Shown here one piece after another: positions 1 through 9,767 of a stretch of 55,554 nt of DNA. Both the position numbers and the translations under genes were made by a program. The stretch comes from a virus. Lineage: Duplodnaviria; Caudoviricetes. Where the stretch lies: IMG/VR virus record IMGVR_UViG_3300033148_006010, positions 1 through 55,554 of that record. One strand, 5' to 3'. The notes under the pieces were generated by a model. The model did not search any database and had not been told where the DNA came from. It saw only the letters and a program-made list of their open reading frames with translations. How positions within the stretch are numbered: the stretch's first letter is position 1; the number at the start of each line of letters is the position of its first letter.

Positions 1-108
1 ACTTCTTAGAGACGAAGAAAGAAAAATGCCTTGAAGCAAAGCTGTCATCTTTCGGGGTAAGTGGTGATAAAGACTTTGATGTTGAGTACTAATTACAGGA
101 GACAGGGG

Positions 109-330
109 ATGAAACTAAAAGATTTGCCGGAAGATAAACCACTTATAGGAACTAAGATTAAGATTCCTATTAAAATAAGAAAAGAGCAAGAACTTCCCAA
201 AACTTGGATGACCATTTATTCCGGGTGGAATAAAGGACTATGGTTAAAGACGAATTTAGGTGACGAAAGGATTTATCCTTTTACATTTGATGAATTTAGT
301 AAGATTGAAAACTATGAGGTTAAAAAATAA
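109..330 (+). CDS. Hypothetical early protein
   Basis: ORF 61..330; ATG at 109 follows AGGAG...GGGG RBS. Confidence 0.7.
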   Translation: MKLKDLPEDKPLIGTKIKIPIKIRKEQELPKTWMTIYSGWNKGLWLKTNLGDERIYPFTFDEFSKIENYEVKK

Positions 331-340
331 AGGAGGAAAT

Positions 341-565
341 ATGGAAAGTAAGGTAGCTTATATGATACATCCAGTATGGCTTAGGATAGGACAGAAAAGT
401 GGGATTGTTGATTATAATGTAGTGGCAATAGGGACTTACAATAGATTACGCAAAATCCGTCGAGAAAGGCTATTTAAAAAATCCAAATTTGGCTGTTCCA
501 TAGCTTTAATAACTTCATGTGACACCATGGAAGAAGCAGAAAAATGTATTAAAAGAGTAAGATAA
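341..565 (+). CDS. Hypothetical early protein
   Basis: ATG 341 preceded by AAGGAGG; upstream extension to 260 overlaps the previous gene. Confidence 0.7.
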   Translation: MESKVAYMIHPVWLRIGQKSGIVDYNVVAIGTYNRLRKIRRERLFKKSKFGCSIALITSCDTMEEAEKCIKRVR

Positions 566-581
566 TTATAGGAGGCAGGGG

Positions 582-740
582 ATGAAAAGAGAACACAAAA
601 TTAAAAAAATTAAGCAAACTTATGGGCTATAATCCTTCATTCATGGGGAGCAAGCAGGCTATGAACTGGACAGACAAATTGACGAACTAGAAGACGAGCT
701 GTTTTTTAATGATAAATCCTCAAACAAGGAGGGTGTATGA
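582..740 (+). pseudogene. Small early gene interrupted by in-frame TAA at 630-632
   Basis: Strong RBS (AGGAGG) and ATG at 582; the frame resumes after TAA (SFIHGEQAGYELDRQIDELEDEL...) and ends in an ATGA overlap with the next gene. Confidence 0.45.
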
Positions 741-973
741 GTGCAGATAATGGAATATATATACACAAGTTTAGAAATGAGTGGGGTGTTACTCATGCAC
801 AAGCTATAGAGAATATATATTGGAAACGTGGGGATAAGAAGTATAACTATAATATTCTATATTCGTATTTTAAGAATGAACCGAGATTTAAGACTAGGGC
901 AGAGGCATTAGAATATGCCCATAATTTATATCATAAAATCGGATATGTTGAATATGGGGTTTGTGAAGTTTAA
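737..973 (+). CDS. Hypothetical phage protein (MSADNGIYI... type)
   Basis: AAGGAGG RBS, 78 aa ORF. Confidence 0.8.
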   Translation: MSADNGIYIHKFRNEWGVTHAQAIENIYWKRGDKKYNYNILYSYFKNEPRFKTRAEALEYAHNLYHKIGYVEYGVCEV

Positions 974-1141
974 ATCCCCCAAAGGAGAGTGAGGCATGAA
1001 TAAGAGTGTGGAGAAAATAAAAAACTCCAACTAAAAGGGTGAGGGATTTTCTCAATAAGTTAATAAAAATAATACTTGATAAATTGTGTAAATTTTTGTA
1101 ATATAATTTTATGGTTGCAATACTAAATCTAAAAATTAAAA

Positions 1142-1369
1142 TTGAAATCTTTTTACTGGACTATAGTATCGAAATTGGTATTGCAACCTTTCTTTTTACT
1201 TAGTCCAGTATCTTTTTATATGTATTCAAATTGGAAATCTGAATTAAAAATTAAAGTATTATTTTGTATAGGATTACTAACAACTTGTTTTTGTATAGTA
1301 GTTATATTTTGTGGAATTTGTTTTGTTGTTTCTTGTATTAATAGTACAATAAATATTTTACTTATATGA
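1142..1369 (+). CDS. Possible small membrane protein
   Basis: Hydrophobic 75 aa ORF ending in an ATGA overlap with the next gene; no clear RBS, start uncertain. Confidence 0.4.
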   Translation: MKSFYWTIVSKLVLQPFFLLSPVSFYMYSNWKSELKIKVLFCIGLLTTCFCIVVIFCGICFVVSCINSTINILLI

Positions 1370-1944
1370 ATGAGATAAAAACAGCGAATTATTTAATGTG
1401 GATTAGAGGTACAACAAAGATTGAGGATTTTATTGAAGAATCTTTACAGTTAGGAATATCAAAAAAACTTCCATTCTTGCCTAGATTGCTTAATAAAGGT
1501 AGTAAAATATATTTAGCTTCATTACAAATTAAACTTGTTAGAGATATAAGAGGGAAAATTAAACATGAAACCAATCCTATTATTTTTGGTGAGTTTGTTG
1601 TTAACCATGTTGATTTCATTGTTAATACTATAGAGCCATTACTAAATAAGAAATTTGAAAAGAGAGGGTTAGTTTTTCAACAGCTTACAAAAAAGCAGAC
1701 TAGAAAAGAACCTCGACGAAAGGAAGGTAAAAGATTAACAATAGGTAGTATATATGCAGTTAATTACCCACCTGATGACTATACAAAGAAAATTGAAAAT
1801 AGAAAAGGCATTTTTACGATTTATAATCCATTTTTGTCTATTAAGGGAATTAAATTTTTTAGAGGTTTAAAATATTTTGATTTAGATGATTATTTAATAT
1901 GGTATAAAAAGCAAAATGAAAAAGATTCTAAACAAAATAACTAA
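1366..1944 (+). CDS. Hypothetical protein
   Basis: 192 aa ORF overlapping both neighbours. Confidence 0.8.
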   Translation: MNEIKTANYLMWIRGTTKIEDFIEESLQLGISKKLPFLPRLLNKGSKIYLASLQIKLVRDIRGKIKHETNPIIFGEFVVNHVDFIVNTIEPLLNKKFEKRGLVFQQLTKKQTRKEPRRKEGKRLTIGSIYAVNYPPDDYTKKIENRKGIFTIYNPFLSIKGIKFFRGLKYFDLDDYLIWYKKQNEKDSKQNN

Positions 1945-2314
1945 GAAATTTAAGGAAGTAATGAATATGACTCCAGAAGAAGAAATTAAAAAAATTGAAA
2001 AAGAGTTAATGACCGATGATGAGTTTATTAAAAATCTTGAAGAAGGGAAGCAAGAAGTTGTTACTAATCAACCTGAATTACCGAATATGCCAGAAAAAAC
2101 AGGTTTAGGAAAACAAATTGATAAGATTGTAGAGATAAAAAAGGATTTATCTATTATTAAAAAAGTTTTGAAAAAAGAGATGAACTTGTTATATGAAATG
2201 TTAGAAAAAGAACAAAGAACATATATTGCAGTTGAACATTTTGAAGTTAATATCGAACATTCAAAACCTAAAATAAAATTTAAAAGGAGAAAAAACAATG
2301 GGAAGAAAACCTAA
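1916..2314 (+). CDS. Hypothetical coiled-coil protein
   Basis: 132 aa Glu/Lys-rich ORF in operon. Confidence 0.75.
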   Translation: MKKILNKITKKFKEVMNMTPEEEIKKIEKELMTDDEFIKNLEEGKQEVVTNQPELPNMPEKTGLGKQIDKIVEIKKDLSIIKKVLKKEMNLLYEMLEKEQRTYIAVEHFEVNIEHSKPKIKFKRRKNNGKKT

Positions 2315-2981
2315 AAATATAGCAAAAAAAGAAATGGACTTAGAAAGCGAAATACAACGATATAATCCACGTTATCAAGGATTGATACAAGAATCAAGCG
2401 AATTAAAAATAATTGATGATATTACTTATAAAAGAGGAATTGATTTAGTTAGAGATTTGAATATTTTATCTAATAGCTACAAAAAGCTTAGAAATTTTAT
2501 AGTAAAGCCATTTAAAGACCATATTAAGGTTATTGAAGGTAGAATTAAGCCATTTGAAAATAAGATTAAAGATATTGTAGGTGATTATAAATCTGGACTT
2601 AAAGGTCAAATGTCTAATTACGAAATTAAAAAACGAGAAGAAGCACAAAAAAAGCAAGATGATTTTAATAAACAGCAACAAGAGCAATATAAAGAACAAG
2701 TTAGTAGTGCTGAACAAAATGGGGAAATTGTACCTACTGCACCTGTACCTATAAAGGTTGAAAGAGAAAAAGAAGAAGGGGTGCAATTTAGGGATAATTA
2801 TATTTTTGAAATTGAGGATGAATCAAAAGTACCGAATGAGATTAATGGAGTATTGCTTAAAATGTTAAACACAAAAGCTATACAGGGATTAATTGATGCT
2901 GGAGTAAGGCAAATAGAGGGATTGAAAATTTTTAACAGACCTATTCCTGTAATTAAAGAACAGAAAATAGAAGATTTGTAG
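2298..2981 (+). CDS. Conserved phage coiled-coil protein (Gam/Gp157-like architecture)
   Basis: AAGGAG RBS; long helical N-terminus and C-terminal FEIEDESKVP...GVRQIEGLKIF motif typical of recombination-module proteins. Confidence 0.6.
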   Translation: MGRKPKNIAKKEMDLESEIQRYNPRYQGLIQESSELKIIDDITYKRGIDLVRDLNILSNSYKKLRNFIVKPFKDHIKVIEGRIKPFENKIKDIVGDYKSGLKGQMSNYEIKKREEAQKKQDDFNKQQQEQYKEQVSSAEQNGEIVPTAPVPIKVEREKEEGVQFRDNYIFEIEDESKVPNEINGVLLKMLNTKAIQGLIDAGVRQIEGLKIFNRPIPVIKEQKIEDL

Positions 2982-3021
2982 TATTGTGGTGTAGTGTGTT
3001 GTGTCCTCCTAGTTGTGTTTA

Positions 3022-3049
3022 GGTAGGGTGAAAATCCCTACCGATTTTT
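3022..3049 (+). terminator. Probable intrinsic terminator
   Basis: GGTAGGG-tgaaaat-CCCTACC 7-bp stem followed by GATTTTT in an intergenic gap. Confidence 0.55.
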
Positions 3050-3082
3050 GAAAAAAAATAATAAAAAGTGAGGTAATTAATT

Positions 3083-3595
3083 ATGGTAGATGATGAATTA
3101 GAAGATACTGAAATAGAAGTAAATGATTGGAAAAATCAAAAGGAAAACAATGTACCCGAGAAGGGGAGATATAAATTTAAACCTTCTTCTTTGGTTGACA
3201 AAAATTATGTTTCAAAAAGCGGGAATATATGTTTTGTAGTTGAAATTCTTATTGATGGATGGTGTAAGAAAAAGTGTTTTTTGATTAAGCATGACGGAGA
3301 GGGGAAACGTACAAGCATGTCACATATTTATTATAATTTTTTATTTGCTTTAGGAATAAGAAATACTAATAAGAGATTCTCATTTCGTTGGAGTGATATT
3401 GCTGATAAAGAGGGGTATTGTGATGTAGTGCCTACAAGTGATGGAACTGATATTAATATTCAGAATTTCTCTCCTATAGGAGAACCGACTGCTCCTATAA
3501 ATGATGTACCTCCTGAAAATACAAGCGAAAAGGAAGAAAAACCTAAAAAGAAAAAAGCGGAGAAAAAGGAATCTGAAAGCATTGATGATTTATGA
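3083..3595 (+). CDS. Putative single-stranded DNA-binding protein (DUF669-like)
   Basis: VPEKGRYKF...SKSGN motif, beta-rich core, acidic C-terminal tip (ESIDDL), replication context. Confidence 0.55.
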   Translation: MVDDELEDTEIEVNDWKNQKENNVPEKGRYKFKPSSLVDKNYVSKSGNICFVVEILIDGWCKKKCFLIKHDGEGKRTSMSHIYYNFLFALGIRNTNKRFSFRWSDIADKEGYCDVVPTSDGTDINIQNFSPIGEPTAPINDVPPENTSEKEEKPKKKKAEKKESESIDDL

Positions 3596-4068
3596 CAAAA
3601 GACGATATTGAGGCAATAAATAAGTTTAAAATTCTCACTGCAAAAAACGAACAGTTGCCTTATAAATTTCCTAACACTAAATTTTTTACAATGCCTATGG
3701 GTCATGGTGATTATACTATTGAATATAATAATCGGGCTTATTACAGTAAAATTGTAGCTGAAAGAAAATCTAGTGTTACGGAACTTTATGAGGCGACTGG
3801 TTCGCAAAGGGCAAGATGGGAAAGAGAACTTGAAAATTTAAGTAAGATAGATATTAAAGTAGTATTATGTGAATTTTCTTATTTAGATATCGTAAATAAA
3901 CAAAATCATGGAAAATTATCTTCTGCATCGGTTTATGGTTCAATTTGTAAATGGCAAGCTGTTTATGGAATACCATTTATTTTTTGTGAGAATAGAGCTA
4001 ATGCAAGGAATTTTCTTTATAAGATGTTTTTTGAGTATGTTAAGTATAAAATATTGAAATTAAAATAG
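3592..4068 (+). CDS. ERCC4-domain nuclease (putative resolvase)
   Basis: EQLPY, GDY and AERKS motifs, followed by the R-W-E-R-E-L helix typical of phage ERCC4 proteins. Confidence 0.85.
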   Translation: MTKDDIEAINKFKILTAKNEQLPYKFPNTKFFTMPMGHGDYTIEYNNRAYYSKIVAERKSSVTELYEATGSQRARWERELENLSKIDIKVVLCEFSYLDIVNKQNHGKLSSASVYGSICKWQAVYGIPFIFCENRANARNFLYKMFFEYVKYKILKLK

Positions 4069-4077
4069 GAGAATAAT

Positions 4078-4218
4078 ATGTTTATAATTGATGAATTAAC
4101 TACGATAGAAGTAATGCAAGACGTTGGTGAGTTTTCAAATGTACAGGATTGTGATAAAAATGATAAAGAAATAAATGAACAGTTGTATGTACAAATGATG
4201 GAATTAGATATATGTTAA
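4078..4218 (+). CDS. Small acidic hypothetical protein (46 aa, not in ORF track)
   Basis: AGGAG RBS, ATG 4078, fills the gap between neighbours. Confidence 0.55.
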   Translation: MFIIDELTTIEVMQDVGEFSNVQDCDKNDKEINEQLYVQMMELDIC

Positions 4219-4400
4219 CTTTAAAACAATTCGATAAACATTTAGATAATTACAAAAAAGTAATGAAGATAGAAATTACTCCGCAGATATTTTTTAAGCA
4301 ATTTAGAATATGCTTTACAGGAGTAAGAGGGCAGTTTAGAAAAACGTACAATGAATTTAGAAAGTATAGTAGACATTTTCAACAGTTGAGTTTATTTTAA
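4212..4400 (+). CDS. Hypothetical protein
   Basis: 62 aa ORF with TAATG coupling to the primase; ends QLSLF, a beta-clamp-binding-like motif. Confidence 0.65.
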   Translation: MLTLKQFDKHLDNYKKVMKIEITPQIFFKQFRICFTGVRGQFRKTYNEFRKYSRHFQQLSLF

Positions 4401-7120
4401 TGGCAAATATTATAGAAAGTATTAAACAAAGTGAAAGTTTAGAAGTTTATATTGCTAGACTAACTGGATTTCATTGGAAAAATGAAGGGGCTGGTAAGGA
4501 TTTGTTTGAATGTCCTTTATGTGGAGGGCATAACTGTTTTAAATTAGCTCCGCAGGGTTTTGTAAAATGTTTTCAATGTCAGTCTGTAGCATTTGATATT
4601 ATTCAGTTTAGGTCTTTATATCAGAATATTACATGGAGAGAGGCATTAAATAGATTTGCGGATGAATTAGGACTTAAAAAATATTATAGAAAAGATATAG
4701 ATTGGATAGGGATTCGTGAAACTGCTTGTCAAATTTCTAAAGATATTCTTTATTCTTGTCAAATGAAATATAAATTTCGTGGTAAAAAATATACTCCATT
4801 AAGTTATTTAGTTGATTATAGGCAACATTCTTACGATGCGATAAATTATTTTAGACTCGGTTTTAATGACGGTACATTAGTAGACAAATTGAAAGAAAAA
4901 TATTCGATGGAAACTATAAAATCAAGTGGTATAGATAAGATTCAAGATGGAGTTTTTTTATATCCATTTATCGCAAGTGAAGAGATTAAATATTTTCGAC
5001 TTAAAGACCCGAATAAACTAAAAAAATCTCAAATGTCAGAAAGTGTAAGAAGTGCTGGAGCTTATTGGTATAATCAAGATTGTATAAAAGATAATAATGA
5101 TGTTATTTGTGTTGAAGGAGAAGATGATGTTATATCACTTTGGGATGTGGGTGAAAACGCAATAGCATCTATTGGCAATATAACGATTGAACAAATTAAT
5201 TATCTTAAAACATTATCGCCTTCTACCGTATACAGTTGTTTTGATAATGATGATGAAGGGAGAAGAGATAGAGATAGATTGATTAAAAATTATGACAATA
5301 CAAAAACTTTTATTTTGAATTTGCCATCCGGAGAAAATGATATTGATGAAGCCTTAAAAAATGCTATTAGTAAAAAAGCTCTTATTCATCAAATGAAAAT
5401 TAATGCAGAAGCTCCATCTCCAGAAATGGTAAGCAACATTAAACAACGTCCCGATGGATATTTTATAGAAAAAACATATAAGAATTTTTCACAAGAGGTT
5501 AGATTAACTAATTGGATAGGATTTATAGAAGCAATTATAATTAGAGAAGAAGGAATAAGAGATAGAAAGGTGAAAATTAAAATAGGCAAATTTGAAACTA
5601 CTGTATTTATGGATGGAAACGTATTATCTAATGCTTCTCGATTTAGAGAATTTCTTCTAAATAATTGCGATATTACCTGTCTTTTTCAGGGTACTGATAA
5701 TGATTTAAATGCTTTAGTACAATACTGGGGATTAATTTATAATCCTATTATAGTAAAAGAAACCGAGTGTGTTGGAGAGATTGAAGAAGGTTTTATAGCT
5801 GATAATGTATTTTTTGGATTTAATAATGATATTAAGCCTATTATTGGTGGTTATTTAAATATAGACGATAAACATTCTATTAAAATACCTACAATTTCTA
5901 ATCAGGCTGGAAGTAGACATGAAATACCTTATTTTCCATTTCATCAACCTGCTGGCGGTATTGATAAATTTAAAGAGAATGTTTTCGATTTGTTAATTAA
6001 AAATCGCAATTTAAAGGTTGCTATTGCTATAGGGTGGATAAAGGCTACATTGTGGAGTAAGATGTTTTTTGATAAGCATAAATTTTTTCCATTAATGATG
6101 ATACATGGTAAAAAAGAAGCTGGAAAGACTATATTTAGTTCGTGGCTTATGAGTATGTTAGGGATGCGTGATGTCTCTCCTATTTCTTTAAGAGCTGGCG
6201 GTACTACTGCTGTAGGATTAGAAAGACGTTTAGCGTATTATTCAAGTTTGCCTATATGGACAGACGATTATAAAAACGAAGAATTTGAAGGACAAAAATT
6301 TCATACATTTTTTAGAAATATTTTTAATCGTGTATCAGCTTCTAAGGGTATTAAAAATGAAGAACGCAAAATTAGACAAGTAATAGTAAGAGGATGTTTG
6401 CTTGTAGATGGTGAAACATCACCTACAGATGCGGCTTTGAATAGCAGAATGGTAACTTTTGAACTTACGCAGGCAGAAAGGGTAGATAAATATTTTAATG
6501 ATATTGTTAAATTAGAACCAGATTTTGCTTATGTAGGATTTGATTGGTTAAAAAATAGGATTACTACTTATCCTAATTTTATAGCAAATTTTGGAGAGTT
6601 AAATGAATTGTTTCGTAAATCTATATCATCCCCTAGACAGGCACAAGTTTGGGCTGTAGCAGTTGCTTCTACGCTTACAGAGCCGTTTTTTGCTAAACAA
6701 AAAGATAAAATAATTAATTTTGCTGTTAGACTAGCTAATCACGAAATTAAAGAGCAAGAAAGCGAAGAAACTATAGGTATGCTTTGGGAGGCACTTGATA
6801 TATTACATAAGATGGGAAGAACAAACGAACAGTATATTAAATTTAATGGTTATGAGGCACAGTTACAAATACATTTAGCCGCACTTCTCGGGGCTATAAG
6901 TGGTGATTCCTCTACAAGAAGATATAAACTACCTAACGTAAGAGAAACCGCTAAGATCCTTAAACAAGAGCCATATTGCTTAGGGAACAAGCTATCTACA
7001 GTAGACAATAAGACTGCAAGGCGTTGGATAATAGACCTTAGTCATAAGCAACTTCCTGAAATTCTAAAAAATATGTTTTCTAATAGCGAACAATCTGAAC
7101 AAAATCTTGATGGATTATAG
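4400..7120 (+). CDS. DNA primase-helicase (Zn finger + TOPRIM + C-terminal P-loop helicase)
   Basis: CPLC...CFQC zinc finger; TOPRIM VEGEDD and FDNDDEG; Walker A HGKKEAGKT and Walker B IWTDD. Confidence 0.92.
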   Translation: MANIIESIKQSESLEVYIARLTGFHWKNEGAGKDLFECPLCGGHNCFKLAPQGFVKCFQCQSVAFDIIQFRSLYQNITWREALNRFADELGLKKYYRKDIDWIGIRETACQISKDILYSCQMKYKFRGKKYTPLSYLVDYRQHSYDAINYFRLGFNDGTLVDKLKEKYSMETIKSSGIDKIQDGVFLYPFIASEEIKYFRLKDPNKLKKSQMSESVRSAGAYWYNQDCIKDNNDVICVEGEDDVISLWDVGENAIASIGNITIEQINYLKTLSPSTVYSCFDNDDEGRRDRDRLIKNYDNTKTFILNLPSGENDIDEALKNAISKKALIHQMKINAEAPSPEMVSNIKQRPDGYFIEKTYKNFSQEVRLTNWIGFIEAIIIREEGIRDRKVKIKIGKFETTVFMDGNVLSNASRFREFLLNNCDITCLFQGTDNDLNALVQYWGLIYNPIIVKETECVGEIEEGFIADNVFFGFNNDIKPIIGGYLNIDDKHSIKIPTISNQAGSRHEIPYFPFHQPAGGIDKFKENVFDLLIKNRNLKVAIAIGWIKATLWSKMFFDKHKFFPLMMIHGKKEAGKTIFSSWLMSMLGMRDVSPISLRAGGTTAVGLERRLAYYSSLPIWTDDYKNEEFEGQKFHTFFRNIFNRVSASKGIKNEERKIRQVIVRGCLLVDGETSPTDAALNSRMVTFELTQAERVDKYFNDIVKLEPDFAYVGFDWLKNRITTYPNFIANFGELNELFRKSISSPRQAQVWAVAVASTLTEPFFAKQKDKIINFAVRLANHEIKEQESEETIGMLWEALDILHKMGRTNEQYIKFNGYEAQLQIHLAALLGAISGDSSTRRYKLPNVRETAKILKQEPYCLGNKLSTVDNKTARRWIIDLSHKQLPEILKNMFSNSEQSEQNLDGL

Positions 7121-7124
7121 GTCG

Positions 7125-7415
7125 AATGTTATTATGTTATTACAGCAAAAATCAAAATCGTTGATAATCAATACTTTTCAGACGTAATAACAAAATAACA
7201 CAATAACAAGAAAAAATACATATATATATAATGTCATATACACATATAGTTTTTCATATATATTTATACCTATACAATATACTATGCTCACTCTCGTACG
7301 AGGTTATATATATATTGTTATTTATGTTATTTTGTTATTATTATATATTATATATTGATAAATCAACAAAAAGTACTAATAACATAAATTTGAGTTTTAA
7401 TAACATAATAACATT
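7125..7415. repeat. Candidate replication origin with AATAACA/TGTTATT iterons in inverted arrangement
   Basis: 11 copies of the heptamer in both orientations; 18-bp perfect terminal inverted repeat (7125-7142 / 7398-7415); internal palindrome CTCGTACGAG (7293-7302); AT-rich; directly after the primase-helicase. Confidence 0.75.
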
Positions 7416-7425
7416 TTTATAAAAT

Positions 7426-8799
7426 ATGAATTATAAAGAATTTTTAAATAATAAAACTATTAATACATATAATAGTGGATTCAAAGTAAAAGATAGTGAT
7501 TTGAACCCTAAAATGTTCGATTTTCAAAAATATATAGTTAGTTTGGCATTATATAGGGGAAGTTCTGCTATTTTTGCGGATTGTGGTTTAGGTAAAACTA
7601 TTATGGAATTAGATTGGGCATATAATGTAGTAAAATATACTAATAAACCAGTTTTAATTTTGACTCCTCTTGCTGTATCTTATCAAATGCTCAGAGAAGG
7701 GAAAAAATTTGGTATTGAATGCACAAGGTCGGATAATGGGAATATTACAAGTGATATTATTGTGACGAATTATGAAAGATTAAAATATTTTAATAGTAAT
7801 GATTTTGCTGGTGTTGTATGTGACGAATCTAGTATTTTAAAGTCTTTTGATGGGGCTATTAAAAATAGTATAAATGGTTTTATGAAAAGGATTAAATTTA
7901 GATTATTAGCAACGGCGACGGCCGCTCCTAATGATTATATAGAGTTAGGTACGTCAAGTGAATGTTTAGGTAATTTAGGTTTTATGGACATGTTAAATAA
8001 ATACTTTAAAAATGATAGTAATAATAGTTCTATAGGCAGACGGTATTATGGTGAAGCTCCAAAATGGAGATTTAAGGGTCATGCAGAGTTGCCTTTTTGG
8101 AGATGGGTGATTTCATGGGCTATCGCTTGTAGAAAACCATCTGATTTAGGATTTGATGATAAAAAGTTTATATTGCCTAAATTAATTGAAAGATATCATT
8201 TAGTTGAAACTAATAAAAAGGCAGATGATATGTTATTTAATTTGCCAGCTTATGATTTGAGAGAACAGAGGCAAGAGAAGAAAAGAACAATAGAAGATAG
8301 ATGTGAAAAAATTTATGATTTAATAGGAGGAGATGATAAGATTACTATGGTATGGTGTCACTTAAATGATGAAGGGGATTTACTTGAAAGGATGATTCCT
8401 GATTCTGTGCAAATTAGTGGCAGAGAAAAAGACGAAATAAAAGAAAGAAAATTTTTAGATTTTTTAAATAGTGAAGTCAGAGTGCTGATTACTAAACCTA
8501 AAATTGGAGCATGGGGTTTGAATTTTCAGCATTGTAATCGTATTACTTATTTTCCATCACATTCTTATGAACAATATTATCAAGCAGTTCGGAGATGTTG
8601 GAGATTTGGGCAAAAGAAAAATGTTGAAGTTAATGTTGTTCACACTGTTGGAGAAAAACGGATATTGGAAAATATGCGGCAGAAAGCAAAAAAAGCCGAT
8701 GATATGTTTGCAAATTTAATTAATGAAGTAGATAATGCAATAAATTATAAAAAGGTAGATATATTTAAAAATAAAATGGAGTGTCCAAAATGGCTATAG
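7426..8799 (+). CDS. SNF2-like superfamily 2 helicase/ATPase
   Basis: ADCGLGKT (I), CDES (II), TAT (III), GLNFQ (V), QAVRRCWRFGQ (VI). Confidence 0.92.
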   Translation: MNYKEFLNNKTINTYNSGFKVKDSDLNPKMFDFQKYIVSLALYRGSSAIFADCGLGKTIMELDWAYNVVKYTNKPVLILTPLAVSYQMLREGKKFGIECTRSDNGNITSDIIVTNYERLKYFNSNDFAGVVCDESSILKSFDGAIKNSINGFMKRIKFRLLATATAAPNDYIELGTSSECLGNLGFMDMLNKYFKNDSNNSSIGRRYYGEAPKWRFKGHAELPFWRWVISWAIACRKPSDLGFDDKKFILPKLIERYHLVETNKKADDMLFNLPAYDLREQRQEKKRTIEDRCEKIYDLIGGDDKITMVWCHLNDEGDLLERMIPDSVQISGREKDEIKERKFLDFLNSEVRVLITKPKIGAWGLNFQHCNRITYFPSHSYEQYYQAVRRCWRFGQKKNVEVNVVHTVGEKRILENMRQKAKKADDMFANLINEVDNAINYKKVDIFKNKMECPKWL

Positions 8800-9767
8800 C
8801 GAATAAAATAATTAAGGATAAATATGCTTTATATCATGGAGATTGTATAGAAATTATGCAAGATATGCCTAACGATAGTATTCATTTATCTATATATTCT
8901 CCCCCATTTGGTGGTTTGTATAATTATAGTAGTAGTGAAAGAGATTTATCTAATTGTTTTGATTATGAAGAATTTTTTAAACATTATAATTTTGTTGTAA
9001 AAGAGATTAATAGATTAACTTTGCCCGGGCGAATTACGGCTGTACATTGTACTGATATTCCTTCTAGCAATACAGGACAAGATTATTTGACTGATTTTGC
9101 AGGTGACATTATTCGATTGCATGAAAAAACAGGATTTCATTTTATAGCAAGACATACTATATGGAAAGAACCTTTATGGGTTAGAAATAGAACTATGTGT
9201 AAAAATTTATCGCATAGAACAACAGTTGATGATTCTGCATATGCTGGGGTAGCTTCTGCTGATTATATGTTAATTTTTAGAAAAAAAGGTAAAAATAAAA
9301 TACCTATTATACATCCTACTGGTTTTCATTATTATTGTGGAGAATCGCCATTACCAAAAGAAGTTTTACAATATAAGGGTTTTAAAGGCGACCAGAAAAA
9401 AAATCAGTTTTCTCATCATGTATGGAGGCGTTATGCTAGTTCTATTTGGGATGATATTAGAATGAATAGAGTTTTACCGTTTAGAGATTGCAAAGACCCT
9501 GATGACGAAAAGCACGTGCATCCCTTACAGCTTGATATTATAGATAGAGTAATATCGTTAAGAAGTAATTTTGATGAAATTGTTTTTACTCCTTTTATGG
9601 GTGTTGGTAGTGAAGTATATAGTGCTATTGTTAATGGTAGAAAGGGGATAGGGGTAGAGTTAAAAGAAAGTTATTTTAGGCAAGCAGTTAAAAATATGGA
9701 AATTGCTAAATTTAATCAGTTTGAAGAAGATTCTAATAGTCAAATGAAGATATTTGATGAGATATAA
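8790..9767 (+). CDS. DNA amino-methyltransferase (N6_N4_Mtase, beta class; SPPF suggests m4C)
   Basis: Motif IV SPPF at N-terminus, motif I PFMGVGS near C-terminus; ATG 8790 preferred over GTG 8781. Confidence 0.92.
   Translation: MAIANKIIKDKYALYHGDCIEIMQDMPNDSIHLSIYSPPFGGLYNYSSSERDLSNCFDYEEFFKHYNFVVKEINRLTLPGRITAVHCTDIPSSNTGQDYLTDFAGDIIRLHEKTGFHFIARHTIWKEPLWVRNRTMCKNLSHRTTVDDSAYAGVASADYMLIFRKKGKNKIPIIHPTGFHYYCGESPLPKEVLQYKGFKGDQKKNQFSHHVWRRYASSIWDDIRMNRVLPFRDCKDPDDEKHVHPLQLDIIDRVISLRSNFDEIVFTPFMGVGSEVYSAIVNGRKGIGVELKESYFRQAVKNMEIAKFNQFEEDSNSQMKIFDEI

Noticed and set aside
7125-7415. Possible CRISPR array or MITE
   Set aside because: Repeats are 7-8 bp in both orientations without unique 30-40 bp spacers; no target-site duplication or transposase seen
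7231-7422. 63 aa hydrophobic ORF that could pass for a membrane protein
   Set aside because: It is a translation of the AT-rich iteron array, has no RBS, and is better explained as origin DNA
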